The position numbers and the translations under genes were made by a program. From an uncultured Bacilli bacterium (GTDB lineage: Bacteria; Bacillota_I; Bacilli_A; RF39; UBA660): a stretch of DNA of 64,000 nt. This document shows, piece by piece, positions 49,201-58,398 of the stretch (positions are counted from its first letter, which is position 1; each line of letters begins with the position of its first letter). The stretch is from assembly GCA_934090935.1 (NCBI GenBank), contig CAKOKD010000003.1, positions 92,604 to 156,603 of the forward strand, written 5' to 3'. The notes under the pieces were generated by a model, which was not told the DNA's origin, ran no database searches, and saw only the letters and a list, made by a program, of their open reading frames with translations.

Positions 49201-52200
49201 TTAAACATACGTGTGCTTGCATCTACACTTGAAACATCAACGTATTTCTTTTCATTTGTATCATAATAATAGATAAAGTACTCAATCTTATCTAGCTCAT
49301 TTTCAGCGATATTTTTTGTTGAAATGTCATAATATATGAACATTCCATCATCATTTACCTTTGGAGTTCTATTAGTTAACTCTATAAGATATTCTTCTTT
49401 AGTTACATTAAAAGTCAAATTAGAAGTTATAAGTTCATTATCACCCTCTTGATATGATAAACCTAAGACATATTCACCTACTTCAGCGGCATTTTTTACA
49501 TTTGTTAACAAGAATTGATAATAAGTTAATTCACTATCTTGTTGATGATAGACATAATCGTATCTAAATATAGTTTCTCCAGCTATGTTTTTGAATGCTT
49601 TATTTTGTTTATCTAAAATAAAGTTTTCATCAGTACTTCCAGGGATTTTTCTTGTGATACTTGGAACTATATTCTCCGGTGAAGATACAAAATGAAGATT
49701 CGCGTTTATTGATGCGTTTTTTTCAACATTTCTAGCGAAAGCAAGAGGTGTTTCATCAGTTAGTTCAATGTCATAATATTTTCCAGAGATAGTAAATTCT
49801 TTTTCACATTGTCCAGTTACACCATTATTTTTATATTCAACGACTAATTTATAATCACCAGCATTTACTCTTCCTGGTATAGTTTGTAAGTTAACTGTTC
49901 CTGATGATTCTATTGAGTCAACAGGATTAACAAATTTTGATTTTATAACAAATTTTGATGTCGCATCAACATAAGATCCTTCAACTTTTTCTAATACTTT
50001 AATATCAAATCTACTCTTTTGATTTTCATCATCCACTGAATAGATATATTTAGTTTTAATCGTAAAATCAAGATTTCCATCAACATTATAATAAACAACA
50101 TGTTTATCATTTCTCTCATTTGTTGCATCTACGTCGCTTACTTCAAGATTATATATAGGATCATTATAAGAAATGGATGTCATATGAACATTTTGAAGCC
50201 ACATCTCAGGATATAAATCTTTGCTGATTGTTGCTTCAATCGTTTCTCCAGTTATTGGATCTACACTATTTTGGTTGATATAACCTATAGCATCCATTGT
50301 TTCATATTTTGTATATACATAATATGTTCCTTTATCAACTTCAGTTTTAGGTAAAATAGTAACTGCTTTTTCAACGTTTGTTAAATCGTCGTAGTCAACT
50401 GTAATATTAAATTTGTTAGTGACTTCATTACCTTTAATTGCATCCCCATTTATGCTATATACTTTATATTCACCCATGAATGTTCCACGGATGATATTTC
50501 CTGATGCATCAAAGATAAATTTTGTTATTAAGTAGTTATAGATATCTGGATATTGTACTTTGAATGTAGTCAAAGGCATTGATTTGTTTTTTGTCTGTAA
50601 AACGTTTGATTCGTTATAGAAGTCAAAAACCACATCAACATCTGTTCCCTCAGCATTTGATTTAAATGATTTTATAACCATTTTATAATTCTTACCTGAT
50701 GGATCAGTATGATAGAAGTTGTCATCATCAGTTATAATATTGTTGTTTTGATCATACTTATAGCATTCTAAAAAGTTGTTATTTCCGCAAGTTGGAAATC
50801 TTTCATCTATTTGATATCTGCTTGCAAACTCCGCATAAGTAAGCTCATTTGTTAAAGTTTGACCTCCATTTATAGTTACATCAAAATTTACTTTTGTTGT
50901 TGCTTTATTATAACTATTTATTTTTATTTGATAAGAATCAACATCATAATATTTTAAAATGTTTTGTCCTTTTGAATCTTTCTTCAAAGCCCCAGTTTCA
51001 TCAGTTTCATATTCAACATGATGGTCAAATATTCTAGTCGAAATAGATCCTGCAGTTCTTGTATCAACTTTCTTTCCACCTTTGATCAAATATAATCCTA
51101 AATAGTATTCATATCTTTGGTTTGATGGAGGTAAAATTGAAGATGGAAGTTCATCTTCTTTTTCGGCATGTGTATCAAACATACTAGTTAAGTAGTAATC
51201 TGTGTTTTGATCATAAATTTCAAATTTAATCGATTGCTCCTCTGCATCCTCAAAAGGTAAAACTATTTTATAGACTCCCGTATATTTCTCTTTTGTATTA
51301 TCATAATCGACACTGCAAGTTATTTGACCAGTAGAATCATCAACTGGGCTATATTTACAAGTAAGAGTAAAACCATCTGCTGATGCACAAATTCCATTTT
51401 GACAAGTATCAGGGTTTTCCGCTTTAACTATATATGGACTAAAATTATCAAATTCTTCACTTCTCACTCCGTCATAAGATATCGTTTTTGTAATAATACC
51501 ACCGGATAAAGCAAATACATTTTGATTTTTAGGATCAATTGTTTTATTTTCTTCAGGAACTGCATAAATCAAATTATAGATCAAATATCCATTTGCATCA
51601 TATTCATAATTATTAACTAAGAATTGATAAGCATCTTGGTATTTTGCTTTAAAGTCAGCCACCATTAAAGTGTTGGAAGTTCCTCCTAGAGTATAAGTTA
51701 TGTTTGTACCATTATAGTTTGTGATGATTAAATCATCCGAATATTTATAAGTTATGTGTCCTTCTTCATCGCTTGTTAAAACATCAATATTAGCTGTTTC
51801 ATAAGTTTTTTTAAAATCAGCAATTGTAGTAGTTTTACCTGTTCCAGATATAATATAAGTTATATTTTGACTAGTTAGAGATGTTATCTTCATAGAATAT
51901 TTTTTATCAACAATTTGTCTTATATATCTATGAGATTCAGCATCAACATCCGTAAGCCTTATATAACGTTTACCAATCTTAAATGTAGTTTTTTGACTAT
52001 AAGTAGTTTCTTTAAAGTCAGATGATGTATGAGTTATTGTCACTTCATAAGTACCTGATTTGGGTATATTGAAAAATGATCTTTTATTAGTTATATATAT
52101 TTTATTCTTTTCTTGTGTTACATCAAATTTAGATGTAGTTACATCCTTATCGTTATATTTAATGGAGATTGATATTCCGCTTATATCACCCGAGCCTACT

Positions 52201-52811
52201 ATCTTATTGTACATTTGATCAGCAAGACCAGTTAAGTCTATTTCAAAGCGGTTTGTTTCATTTGCATATCCATGTGTTCCATTTATTATTTTAGGTTCAG
52301 TTAATTCGAAGTAATTATAGTATCCTTCAACTGTGAAAGATACACTCGTCTTAGATGAAGTAACACGGTTATTAGTTACTTGAACTTTGTATGAACCAGG
52401 TATTGGATAGCTTCCACTTCTTCTAAATCTTATAGTTAACTTATTTCCAGTTTTGCTCTTTTCATATATATTCCAGTTTCCAGTATCATCAGTATTGTTT
52501 GGATTCAAGATTTTAACCGTATAAGCACTTTCAACACTAGTGGCATTATTAACAGTCACTTCTACATATTGGATTTTATCACGATATAAAGTCGATGAAT
52601 TCATGTTGTTCATCGTTTTTACGCTTGATGTAAGGGATGCACCTACAAGCTCTTCGTTTGAATTTAAAGATGCATTAAAAAAATTACTTACTTTAGAATA
52701 ATAAGCAAACGAAAAATCATATCTATCACTTAAATTGCCTAAAAACATAAACATAAAGGCAAAAGATAAAAGCGCTAAAGTTTTAACTATATTCCCTTTC
52801 ATATCATACAC
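46224..52811 (-). CDS. giant (2195 aa) secreted multi-beta-sandwich adhesin with Big_2 domain and C-terminal dockerin-like module
   Basis: Signal peptide, dozens of Ig-like repeats. VTVTSTDEAIVKVLDDGRIKVNGIGSCELVFTHND (Big_2). C-terminal GDLNKDGKINVFDVSMLYNYVRGK (canonical Ca-binding dockerin repeat) plus a degenerate second repeat KVADVSKLYSFVRNR. Confidence 0.75.
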   Translation of the reverse strand: MYDMKGNIVKTLALLSFAFMFMFLGNLSDRYDFSFAYYSKVSNFFNASLNSNEELVGASLTSSVKTMNNMNSSTLYRDKIQYVEVTVNNATSVESAYTVKILNPNNTDDTGNWNIYEKSKTGNKLTIRFRRSGSYPIPGSYKVQVTNNRVTSSKTSVSFTVEGYYNYFELTEPKIINGTHGYANETNRFEIDLTGLADQMYNKIVGSGDISGISISIKYNDKDVTTSKFDVTQEKNKIYITNKRSFFNIPKSGTYEVTITHTSSDFKETTYSQKTTFKIGKRYIRLTDVDAESHRYIRQIVDKKYSMKITSLTSQNITYIISGTGKTTTIADFKKTYETANIDVLTSDEEGHITYKYSDDLIITNYNGTNITYTLGGTSNTLMVADFKAKYQDAYQFLVNNYEYDANGYLIYNLIYAVPEENKTIDPKNQNVFALSGGIITKTISYDGVRSEEFDNFSPYIVKAENPDTCQNGICASADGFTLTCKYSPVDDSTGQITCSVDYDNTKEKYTGVYKIVLPFEDAEEQSIKFEIYDQNTDYYLTSMFDTHAEKEDELPSSILPPSNQRYEYYLGLYLIKGGKKVDTRTAGSISTRIFDHHVEYETDETGALKKDSKGQNILKYYDVDSYQIKINSYNKATTKVNFDVTINGGQTLTNELTYAEFASRYQIDERFPTCGNNNFLECYKYDQNNNIITDDDNFYHTDPSGKNYKMVIKSFKSNAEGTDVDVVFDFYNESNVLQTKNKSMPLTTFKVQYPDIYNYLITKFIFDASGNIIRGTFMGEYKVYSINGDAIKGNEVTNKFNITVDYDDLTNVEKAVTILPKTEVDKGTYYVYTKYETMDAIGYINQNSVDPITGETIEATISKDLYPEMWLQNVHMTSISYNDPIYNLEVSDVDATNERNDKHVVYYNVDGNLDFTIKTKYIYSVDDENQKSRFDIKVLEKVEGSYVDATSKFVIKSKFVNPVDSIESSGTVNLQTIPGRVNAGDYKLVVEYKNNGVTGQCEKEFTISGKYYDIELTDETPLAFARNVEKNASINANLHFVSSPENIVPSITRKIPGSTDENFILDKQNKAFKNIAGETIFRYDYVYHQQDSELTYYQFLLTNVKNAAEVGEYVLGLSYQEGDNELITSNLTFNVTKEEYLIELTNRTPKVNDDGMFIYYDISTKNIAENELDKIEYFIYYYDTNEKKYVDVSSVDASTRMFKIRDNWDLSTGPDFKGKLIIELIQNTVDMKGTYTLLASYATRNVEYELTDYGKTLKSLFEWKISDVVITSKYNDNGNYIDVPGFYNNLNDVTIDVTLSSPYEKNASWVINKDCINGVCDPTSGTNYNNRFNDLNTTKDNQKLKLTLKDNLDSNLKLEEGKYALTLYYNSSDYKTYTFDVQDEYADIIFDKDNTLIYSKISNNQVSDGLFTNKVGKIYIPVRIYGIDYSNEDIQIKVLSEDGLRDYTSYFNFNRSEFVASHNLEINYDPTLKQIESGKYMVEVSYSNSKKTIKDSLTFTVNKTYFNFYFDSYKTDPNPLYPNAENGGKIEYDISTVDIPDIQISSSHIDRDSNKHVFSKNSKIFDAEDNDVTSNFKIYSTNSSTSLTSFILNVEYAKNSVEPGTYRLVTYYDMDGYRVEKTQTFDIGNYVKDFEIEKTEIMTDAMDGRLHNNVDSVFTIFIKSDYELFASDMLVKITSSKNVDVTDKFTVEKYDNQIRIKYDKNSSIQADNYVISLTYQENPLKSITKNVDYEMNSSYKSIILSNMISLNSIVYADQENMGYTFDVSTVLTGNDLNNIKARIYDAEDNILYSDIKEDNVTNAFNLENKIADEGKYYINIIPFKARVGEYRVQLYYYESDGSYSASNMLSFIIEKNYYNVSLSGYSKVEPVKNYGDNSIYDIDGAKGTYYFMTTYDDVDTDVYSIKVFDSLTLVDEIKVSYTSEDLYGNTFKKIDFKTNALKEGNLDFYLCINGLPYTRISSPVKKYIKVDELKVIIDNVEVDDNLTLFYGEFKPYNYVLNPSNHTDNSVTVTSTDEAIVKVLDDGRIKVNGIGSCELVFTHNDVVKKIKITARQRLTSNVYSINYDETIINVLSMNKKSLTKSEFLSNLNGVVTDYKILDKNHSDITSKVNEIGTGMYLQNGEETYAIVIIGDLNKDGKINVFDVSMLYNYVRGKTELDKYSLASAHIRKQNEIKVADVSKLYSFVRNRISGI

Positions 52812-52973
52812 ATCCTATATTAAAATTATAGCATTACAAATAATTGATGTAAACTATATTATGACAAATTTCGACATTTTAACCATTAATTAGTTTAACC
52901 AAATTTAAAAAATTTACTCGCTTTTTACTTGTGATTAATTCAATCGTATTTTATAATTAGTTTAGGTGATGAT

Positions 52974-53585
52974 ATGTATTGTAAAAATTGTAATAAACTT
53001 TTAAAAAACAATGAAAAAATATGTTCTGAATGTGGTTTTAACAATGATATCACCGATAATAAACTTATCGAAAAGAAAAAATATAAAAAGGAAAAGGATA
53101 ATTCTAAAGGAGCTATTACGATAATCGTATTTCTTTTAGTAATAACAGCTTCATTTGCTTTTATCTATACAGTAAGAGATATGAAAAAGCAAGACGAAGC
53201 CGGTATAAATGGTACATTAACAACGACTGAAGAGGTTAAATTAAAAAAATTTAAATACGATAATTTGATTTTGGAATATCCACCATCTTTTGGTGTTTCT
53301 TCAAGCGTTATATTTCTTAAAGAAAACTCTAATATCAATATCGAATTATCAAAAGTAAGTTTAGATGAATATAATAGTTTAATTGAATTAAATGATACGC
53401 TTGATAACAAAGTTGGAGAATTTTCTAGTAAAACTTTTGCTGATGAAAACGCTTATTTTAATTTAATAGCTTTAAACGATAAATATTATGTAATAAAAGT
53501 AAATTATATAAGTGATACAAACGTATATACTGAAAGTGTTCAATTACAAATATCCAATATATTAAACACATTAAAAAAGAAATGA
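52974..53585 (+). CDS. zinc-ribbon (CxxC...CxxC) single-pass membrane protein
   Basis: MYCKNCNKLLKNNEKICSECGF. TM ITIIVFLLVITASFAFIY. Confidence 0.5.
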   Translation: MYCKNCNKLLKNNEKICSECGFNNDITDNKLIEKKKYKKEKDNSKGAITIIVFLLVITASFAFIYTVRDMKKQDEAGINGTLTTTEEVKLKKFKYDNLILEYPPSFGVSSSVIFLKENSNINIELSKVSLDEYNSLIELNDTLDNKVGEFSSKTFADENAYFNLIALNDKYYVIKVNYISDTNVYTESVQLQISNILNTLKKK

Positions 53586-53594
53586 AACAAAAAA

Positions 53595-54242
53595 TCATTT
53601 CTTTTTTAGTTCATAGATCTCATCCGCATATTTGCATACATTCTCTGAATGAGTTACAATTATCACACATTTTCCAGACTTAGCTTGTTTTTTAAATATT
53701 TGCATTATCTCATTTTCAGTTAAAGTATCAAGATTTCCTGTCGGTTCATCAGCAATAATAATTTTAGGATTATAAGAGATGCTTCGCGCGATAGAAATCC
53801 TTTGTTGTTCTCCACCGGAGAGTTTAAGTATTCTTCTTGTAGCATAGCTTTCATCAAGTCCAACTGCTTTCATAAGCTCAAGTGCTTTTTTCTTTTTATC
53901 AGTTTTTATTCCATTTATATCCATCGATAAAATAATATTTTCTGATGCATTTAAAGATGGTAAAAGATTATAACTTTGAAAAACTATACCTATGTCGTGA
54001 TTTCTATATCTATCAAGATTTATTTTCTTAAGTTCATTGTTTTCATATAATATGCTTCCTTCATAACCAGTTTCTAGTCCACTTATAAGGGATAGAAAAG
54101 TCGTTTTTCCACTTCCGCTTCTACCCTTTATAATATATAATTTCCCCGTATCAAATCGATAGTCTATATCTTTAAGCACATATTCATCAAGTGATGCATC
54201 CTTATATCTATAGGATACATTTTTTAGTTCAAGTATAGTCAT
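53595..54242 (-). CDS. ABC transporter ATP-binding protein (FtsE/MacB-type)
   Basis: Walker A GRSGSGKTT, signature LSGGEQQRISIARS, Walker B IIIADEPTGNLD. Confidence 0.85.
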   Translation of the reverse strand: MTILELKNVSYRYKDASLDEYVLKDIDYRFDTGKLYIIKGRSGSGKTTFLSLISGLETGYEGSILYENNELKKINLDRYRNHDIGIVFQSYNLLPSLNASENIILSMDINGIKTDKKKKALELMKAVGLDESYATRRILKLSGGEQQRISIARSISYNPKIIIADEPTGNLDTLTENEIMQIFKKQAKSGKCVIIVTHSENVCKYADEIYELKKK

Positions 54243-55756
54243 TATCCTCTCTCCTTTAATATTGTAAGTGGTTTGAATCTATTGATTGAGAATACCGCGA
54301 CAGCGGATGATGTAATGGTTAAAATTATCAAAGATTCCATCATCGAAATAATTACACGAATATCAACAATTGCATTGATAGAATCAATTTTTTGAACACC
54401 ATTCTTTTTAAAAGTACGCATATTTTCTCGATTACCAAAATTATCATTTATTTTATTGTTTTCTTCAGTTGATGCGCTTATTTCATCTTTAAGCAAATTA
54501 TTAGCAACATTTACACTTAATGATGAACCTACTGCTGTTCCAATAATAAATGAAATAATAGCTACGATAAATATTTCTGATACAAATTGAAGAGATACTA
54601 AAGATTTTTTCATACCAATTGTTCTTAATACTCCAATTTCATACTTTCTCTCACGAATAATAAGAGTGTTGATTAAAATTAATATGGATCCACCAATAAT
54701 CATAGTTATTATTAAAAAGGTATTAGCAAAATTTTCTAGATTTTTTATAGATGATAAACTTTCTTCTATTTCATCCTTATTAGTAGTTATTGTGTAATAT
54801 TCACTCAATCCCTTTTCACTTACTTCTTCAGTAAAGGCATCTATTACTTCACTTGATGTAAGAATAAATGTTGGAGTTATTGTTGCATTTAATTTAGAAT
54901 CATTTTCAATTATATTATTAACAAAGTTAGCATTAGTTATAATTGAGTTTGCTGAATCAGAAAACATCTTAGTTAAATCATTTGCAGAAGAACTTACTTC
55001 TTCATATATACCAGTAATAGTTAAAGTATAAGTTTTTTTACTGCTTTTAGGATCAACAATAGTTATTTCTTCACCTACACTTAAATCATTTAGTTCAGCA
55101 AGTTCACTAGAAATAACACAAGTTGAACTTTCAAAATCATCACTTATTGAACCTTCTTTAATTTGATATTTTCCATTTATAAATTCACTCATTGAGGAAT
55201 AATCACTGTAACCTATTAAGCTAAAAGCTCCTTCTTCAGCTTTTTCATTATAAATTTTTTCAACACTTTTAGTTGTTGTTTTCTTTTGTTCAGTTGGAGG
55301 CATTCCACCAAATCTTTCACCAAAATTTTTTGTTTCAACTTTTGTCTCAGTTGTTTCTTTCACTAAAGAATCTGTTGCTGATTCCAAATCCTTAGCATTA
55401 ACCCTTAAGTTATAAGTATAAAAGTATGAAGATACATAGACACTGTTGGCATAATTTTTAATCTCATCTAATGTAACACTTTCAATTTCATTAAATGCTT
55501 TAATCTTATCTTCACTGGTATCTTCATTATTTAAGTTTTCCATAAGTTTTTCCCTATTCATACTTATATTTGCTTCAGTATTATTTTCACTTTCATAAGA
55601 TTTTACTATATTATTTGCACTTTTCTTAATCGCAAAAGTTATAGATAATATCGAAGCAATAACAATAGATATTAAACTTAATAATATATTACGCATCTTA
55701 TTTCTACTTATATTCTTACAAGCATTCTTAAATATATACATTCTTTCATCTCCCAA
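54242..55756 (-). CDS. ABC transporter permease, FtsX/MacB-like
   Basis: N-terminal TM, large extracytoplasmic domain, C-terminal 3-4 TM FtsX-like (GVLRTIGMKKS...). ATGA-coupled to the ATPase gene. Confidence 0.65.
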   Translation of the reverse strand: MGDERMYIFKNACKNISRNKMRNILLSLISIVIASILSITFAIKKSANNIVKSYESENNTEANISMNREKLMENLNNEDTSEDKIKAFNEIESVTLDEIKNYANSVYVSSYFYTYNLRVNAKDLESATDSLVKETTETKVETKNFGERFGGMPPTEQKKTTTKSVEKIYNEKAEEGAFSLIGYSDYSSMSEFINGKYQIKEGSISDDFESSTCVISSELAELNDLSVGEEITIVDPKSSKKTYTLTITGIYEEVSSSANDLTKMFSDSANSIITNANFVNNIIENDSKLNATITPTFILTSSEVIDAFTEEVSEKGLSEYYTITTNKDEIEESLSSIKNLENFANTFLIITMIIGGSILILINTLIIRERKYEIGVLRTIGMKKSLVSLQFVSEIFIVAIISFIIGTAVGSSLSVNVANNLLKDEISASTEENNKINDNFGNRENMRTFKKNGVQKIDSINAIVDIRVIISMMESLIILTITSSAVAVFSINRFKPLTILKERG

Positions 55757-56057
55757 ATAAAATATATTAAAAATATTTGAAATACTTATGAAAAATAAAA
55801 GAAGATATTATGAAATAAAAAACTTAACTAAATTAGTTAAGTTAAAAATTATTATGTTTGATATCAATTATACCATTATTTTGTTACAATTACTTTTTAT
55901 AAATAATTGTAACTATTAATTGTTTTTTCTTTATAACGTTATTTATACTGGCTTTACTCGCGTTGCTCGTAGTGCGCCTACGTATAAATAACTATCGGTT
56001 TAGTGTGTATCTCCACTTATGCTCATCTAAATTTATAGTTTTCTACATCTACATTGC

Positions 56058-57263
56058 TTATGCGATTCGGAAAGCTGGAGAGACTCCGCAGGAATCGCTC
56101 GCACCGTAGCTGCCCCAGTTGCCGATGAAGATGACATTAAGGAAGCCGGACGTATTGAGAGAATAAGCCGAACGAAGCCACCAATTAGAGTTAGCTCCTT
56201 TATATTGTTTTATTGTTCCTGCCTTATTACTTGTTGTTACTCCTTGATTTTTATAATAATCTAGTTGTTTCGATGTTCCTACTGCTGTATCATATTGAGC
56301 GCTAGAAGAACTTGCAAAGTCTCCATATATCTCTTCATTTGATAATAAATATAATTTATCTTGTGTTTCAAAATTTGTTTCTCCACTTGTACTTCCATGT
56401 CCTGATATTACTTTTGTTGTTGCTATTACGTTTTGTAAGTCACTTGGAAGTGTATTGTATATTGTACCATTTACATATGTGCGTAATTCTGAATCTTTCC
56501 ATCCTCCTACATTTGTTTCTGTACTATTAAATGATTGTTTAGTTATTATATTTGCAAACTCAACTACAAATCCACATGCTGTTTCACTTGTTTCAGTTGT
56601 ACATGCACTCTTATTTGCTATTCTTACTGTATGCGTTCCAAGAGAACCTAAGTCTACTTCTTTTGTATCTCCCACATTATATTTACTTGTGTTTCCTATT
56701 TGTACTGCTTTTTGAATTGTTTTCCACGAATCTGTTGCAAATGATACTGGATCTAGAATATCTTCTCCTATAGTATCTCTTTCAACTGCATTAAATGTAA
56801 GTGTACATACATATTCTTCTCTTACTTCTTCTGTTGCTGTTTTATTTAATGTTACTGTTAATGTTCCATTTAAGCTTTCTTTTGCTTTGACAACTGTGGC
56901 ATTATTTGCTAATTCATTTTTAATACTTGTATATTTTGTTGTTATTCCAGTCTTTGGTACACATGTTACTTTAACCTCTGCATCATAGTTACTTGAGTTG
57001 TTTGTTACTTCATAATTTAAGATACTTGTTTGATTAAGTGTTTTTAAATCACTTGTTTCAAATGTAATTATTTTCTTTGTACCATCTATTACATTTGCAT
57101 ATACATCTTGTCCATCTAAGGTTGCTGCAGTGAAAATAACACTAAAATCATCTGTATTTTCTCCTACTTTTGCATTTCCATTTATTATTAATGTTGTTGA
57201 TACAGCCGCAAATCCTATTGCTAATAATAGTATAGTAACTGCTATAATCGATTTTCTTTTCAT
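56058..57263 (-). CDS. variable secreted protein paralog (N-module + SPAFRI-type C-domain)
   Basis: MKRKSIIAVTILLLAIGFAAVSTTLIINGNAKV... C-terminus ends ...WWLRSAYS...CGVSPAFRIA. Confidence 0.8.
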   Translation of the reverse strand: MKRKSIIAVTILLLAIGFAAVSTTLIINGNAKVGENTDDFSVIFTAATLDGQDVYANVIDGTKKIITFETSDLKTLNQTSILNYEVTNNSSNYDAEVKVTCVPKTGITTKYTSIKNELANNATVVKAKESLNGTLTVTLNKTATEEVREEYVCTLTFNAVERDTIGEDILDPVSFATDSWKTIQKAVQIGNTSKYNVGDTKEVDLGSLGTHTVRIANKSACTTETSETACGFVVEFANIITKQSFNSTETNVGGWKDSELRTYVNGTIYNTLPSDLQNVIATTKVISGHGSTSGETNFETQDKLYLLSNEEIYGDFASSSSAQYDTAVGTSKQLDYYKNQGVTTSNKAGTIKQYKGANSNWWLRSAYSLNTSGFLNVIFIGNWGSYGASDSCGVSPAFRIA

Positions 57264-57294
57264 TGTTCACAACTCCTCTATTTTTTACATTTTT

Positions 57295-57321
57295 AGTATA
57301 TCATCCCCCCCCGATTTTCAA
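57295..57321 (-). promoter_or_regulatory. phase-variable-type promoter: -35 TTGAAA (57316..57321), G9 tract (57304..57312), -10 TATACT (57295..57300) preceded by TG; spacer 15
   Basis: The coding strand reads TTGAAAatcGGGGGGGGGatgTATACTaaaa. Longest G tract, and a different -10 from the other copies. Confidence 0.55.
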
Positions 57322-57450
57322 GTCGTTTTGTTGAAAAAACTTAATTTTACAAATTTTTTTACACTTTTTGCAAATTATTTTATACAATATAAAAAAAATT
57401 ATTATATTGTATACTTGCGTAAACTATTTCATTTGAAAAGACTTATTTTT

Positions 57451-58254
57451 TTATAAGTCTTTAAGTCTTATTATATCCTCTTTAGAATAAATACTTTTAT
57501 ATAGTAGATTTGATAAGGATTCAAAATCATTTAAACTGATTAGTTCATCAGGTATATTTATCTTTTTTAAATACCAATATATTGTTTCACATAATTCTTT
57601 AATAAAAAATTTTCTTTGATTACCAATCATTTTTCTTCTTTTTTCAATATCAATTATTCTTTTTTCTGGAGATATTACTCCATTTTCTGATGCCATTAAA
57701 TCAGCTAAATTTAAAATTCTATCATAATCAGTATAAGTATATGTTGAAAGAAATTTATATACTTCATTCTCTTTAACTTCTTCACTTATATAAATAATGT
57801 TTAAATCATCATCAACCTTATATTCATCACTTGGGCTATAACAAGCAAAGTAATTGCCATTTAAATATGAATGTGTAAGGCAACCAATTGATTCAGTAAT
57901 ATAACCTAATGAAAAAAGATTATTAAAACCTAAAGTTACATGTAATCCACCATGATTATATTTTCTTCCATAATCATGAAGTAAACCCATTTTAAAAGAT
58001 TTATCAGTATCTAAATTTGCTTTTTCTGCCATAAGACTACATAATCTCGCTTCTTCTAGAGAATGCGATAAAAAAGCAGATTTATTAAAACCATATTGAT
58101 TAATTCCGCTTCCAAGTGTTTTATGATTGTCAATACATTCGTATGCTAAATCAAATACTTTAATTTTTAACTCTTTTAAAGTATCTTTATTTTGGATTAT
58201 TTTATAACTATCATTTTTACTTAAATTAAATCTTTCTTGCATTAACTCTATCAA
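57451..58254 (-). CDS. hypothetical HD-motif protein
   Basis: LLHDYGRKYNHGGLH. Weak HD-domain resemblance only. Confidence 0.35.
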   Translation of the reverse strand: MIELMQERFNLSKNDSYKIIQNKDTLKELKIKVFDLAYECIDNHKTLGSGINQYGFNKSAFLSHSLEEARLCSLMAEKANLDTDKSFKMGLLHDYGRKYNHGGLHVTLGFNNLFSLGYITESIGCLTHSYLNGNYFACYSPSDEYKVDDDLNIIYISEEVKENEVYKFLSTYTYTDYDRILNLADLMASENGVISPEKRIIDIEKRRKMIGNQRKFFIKELCETIYWYLKKINIPDELISLNDFESLSNLLYKSIYSKEDIIRLKDL

Positions 58255-58398
58255 ATTATCTAAAAAATCTATATCTAGTGAATTTATTAATTCAAAAAAG
58301 CAATCATATCTATCATGATAAGTTTCATTTTTTTATCTCTCATTTATTTCATCTATAAGTTGCATAGTTTACCTCTACAAGAAATAATTATAATATTT

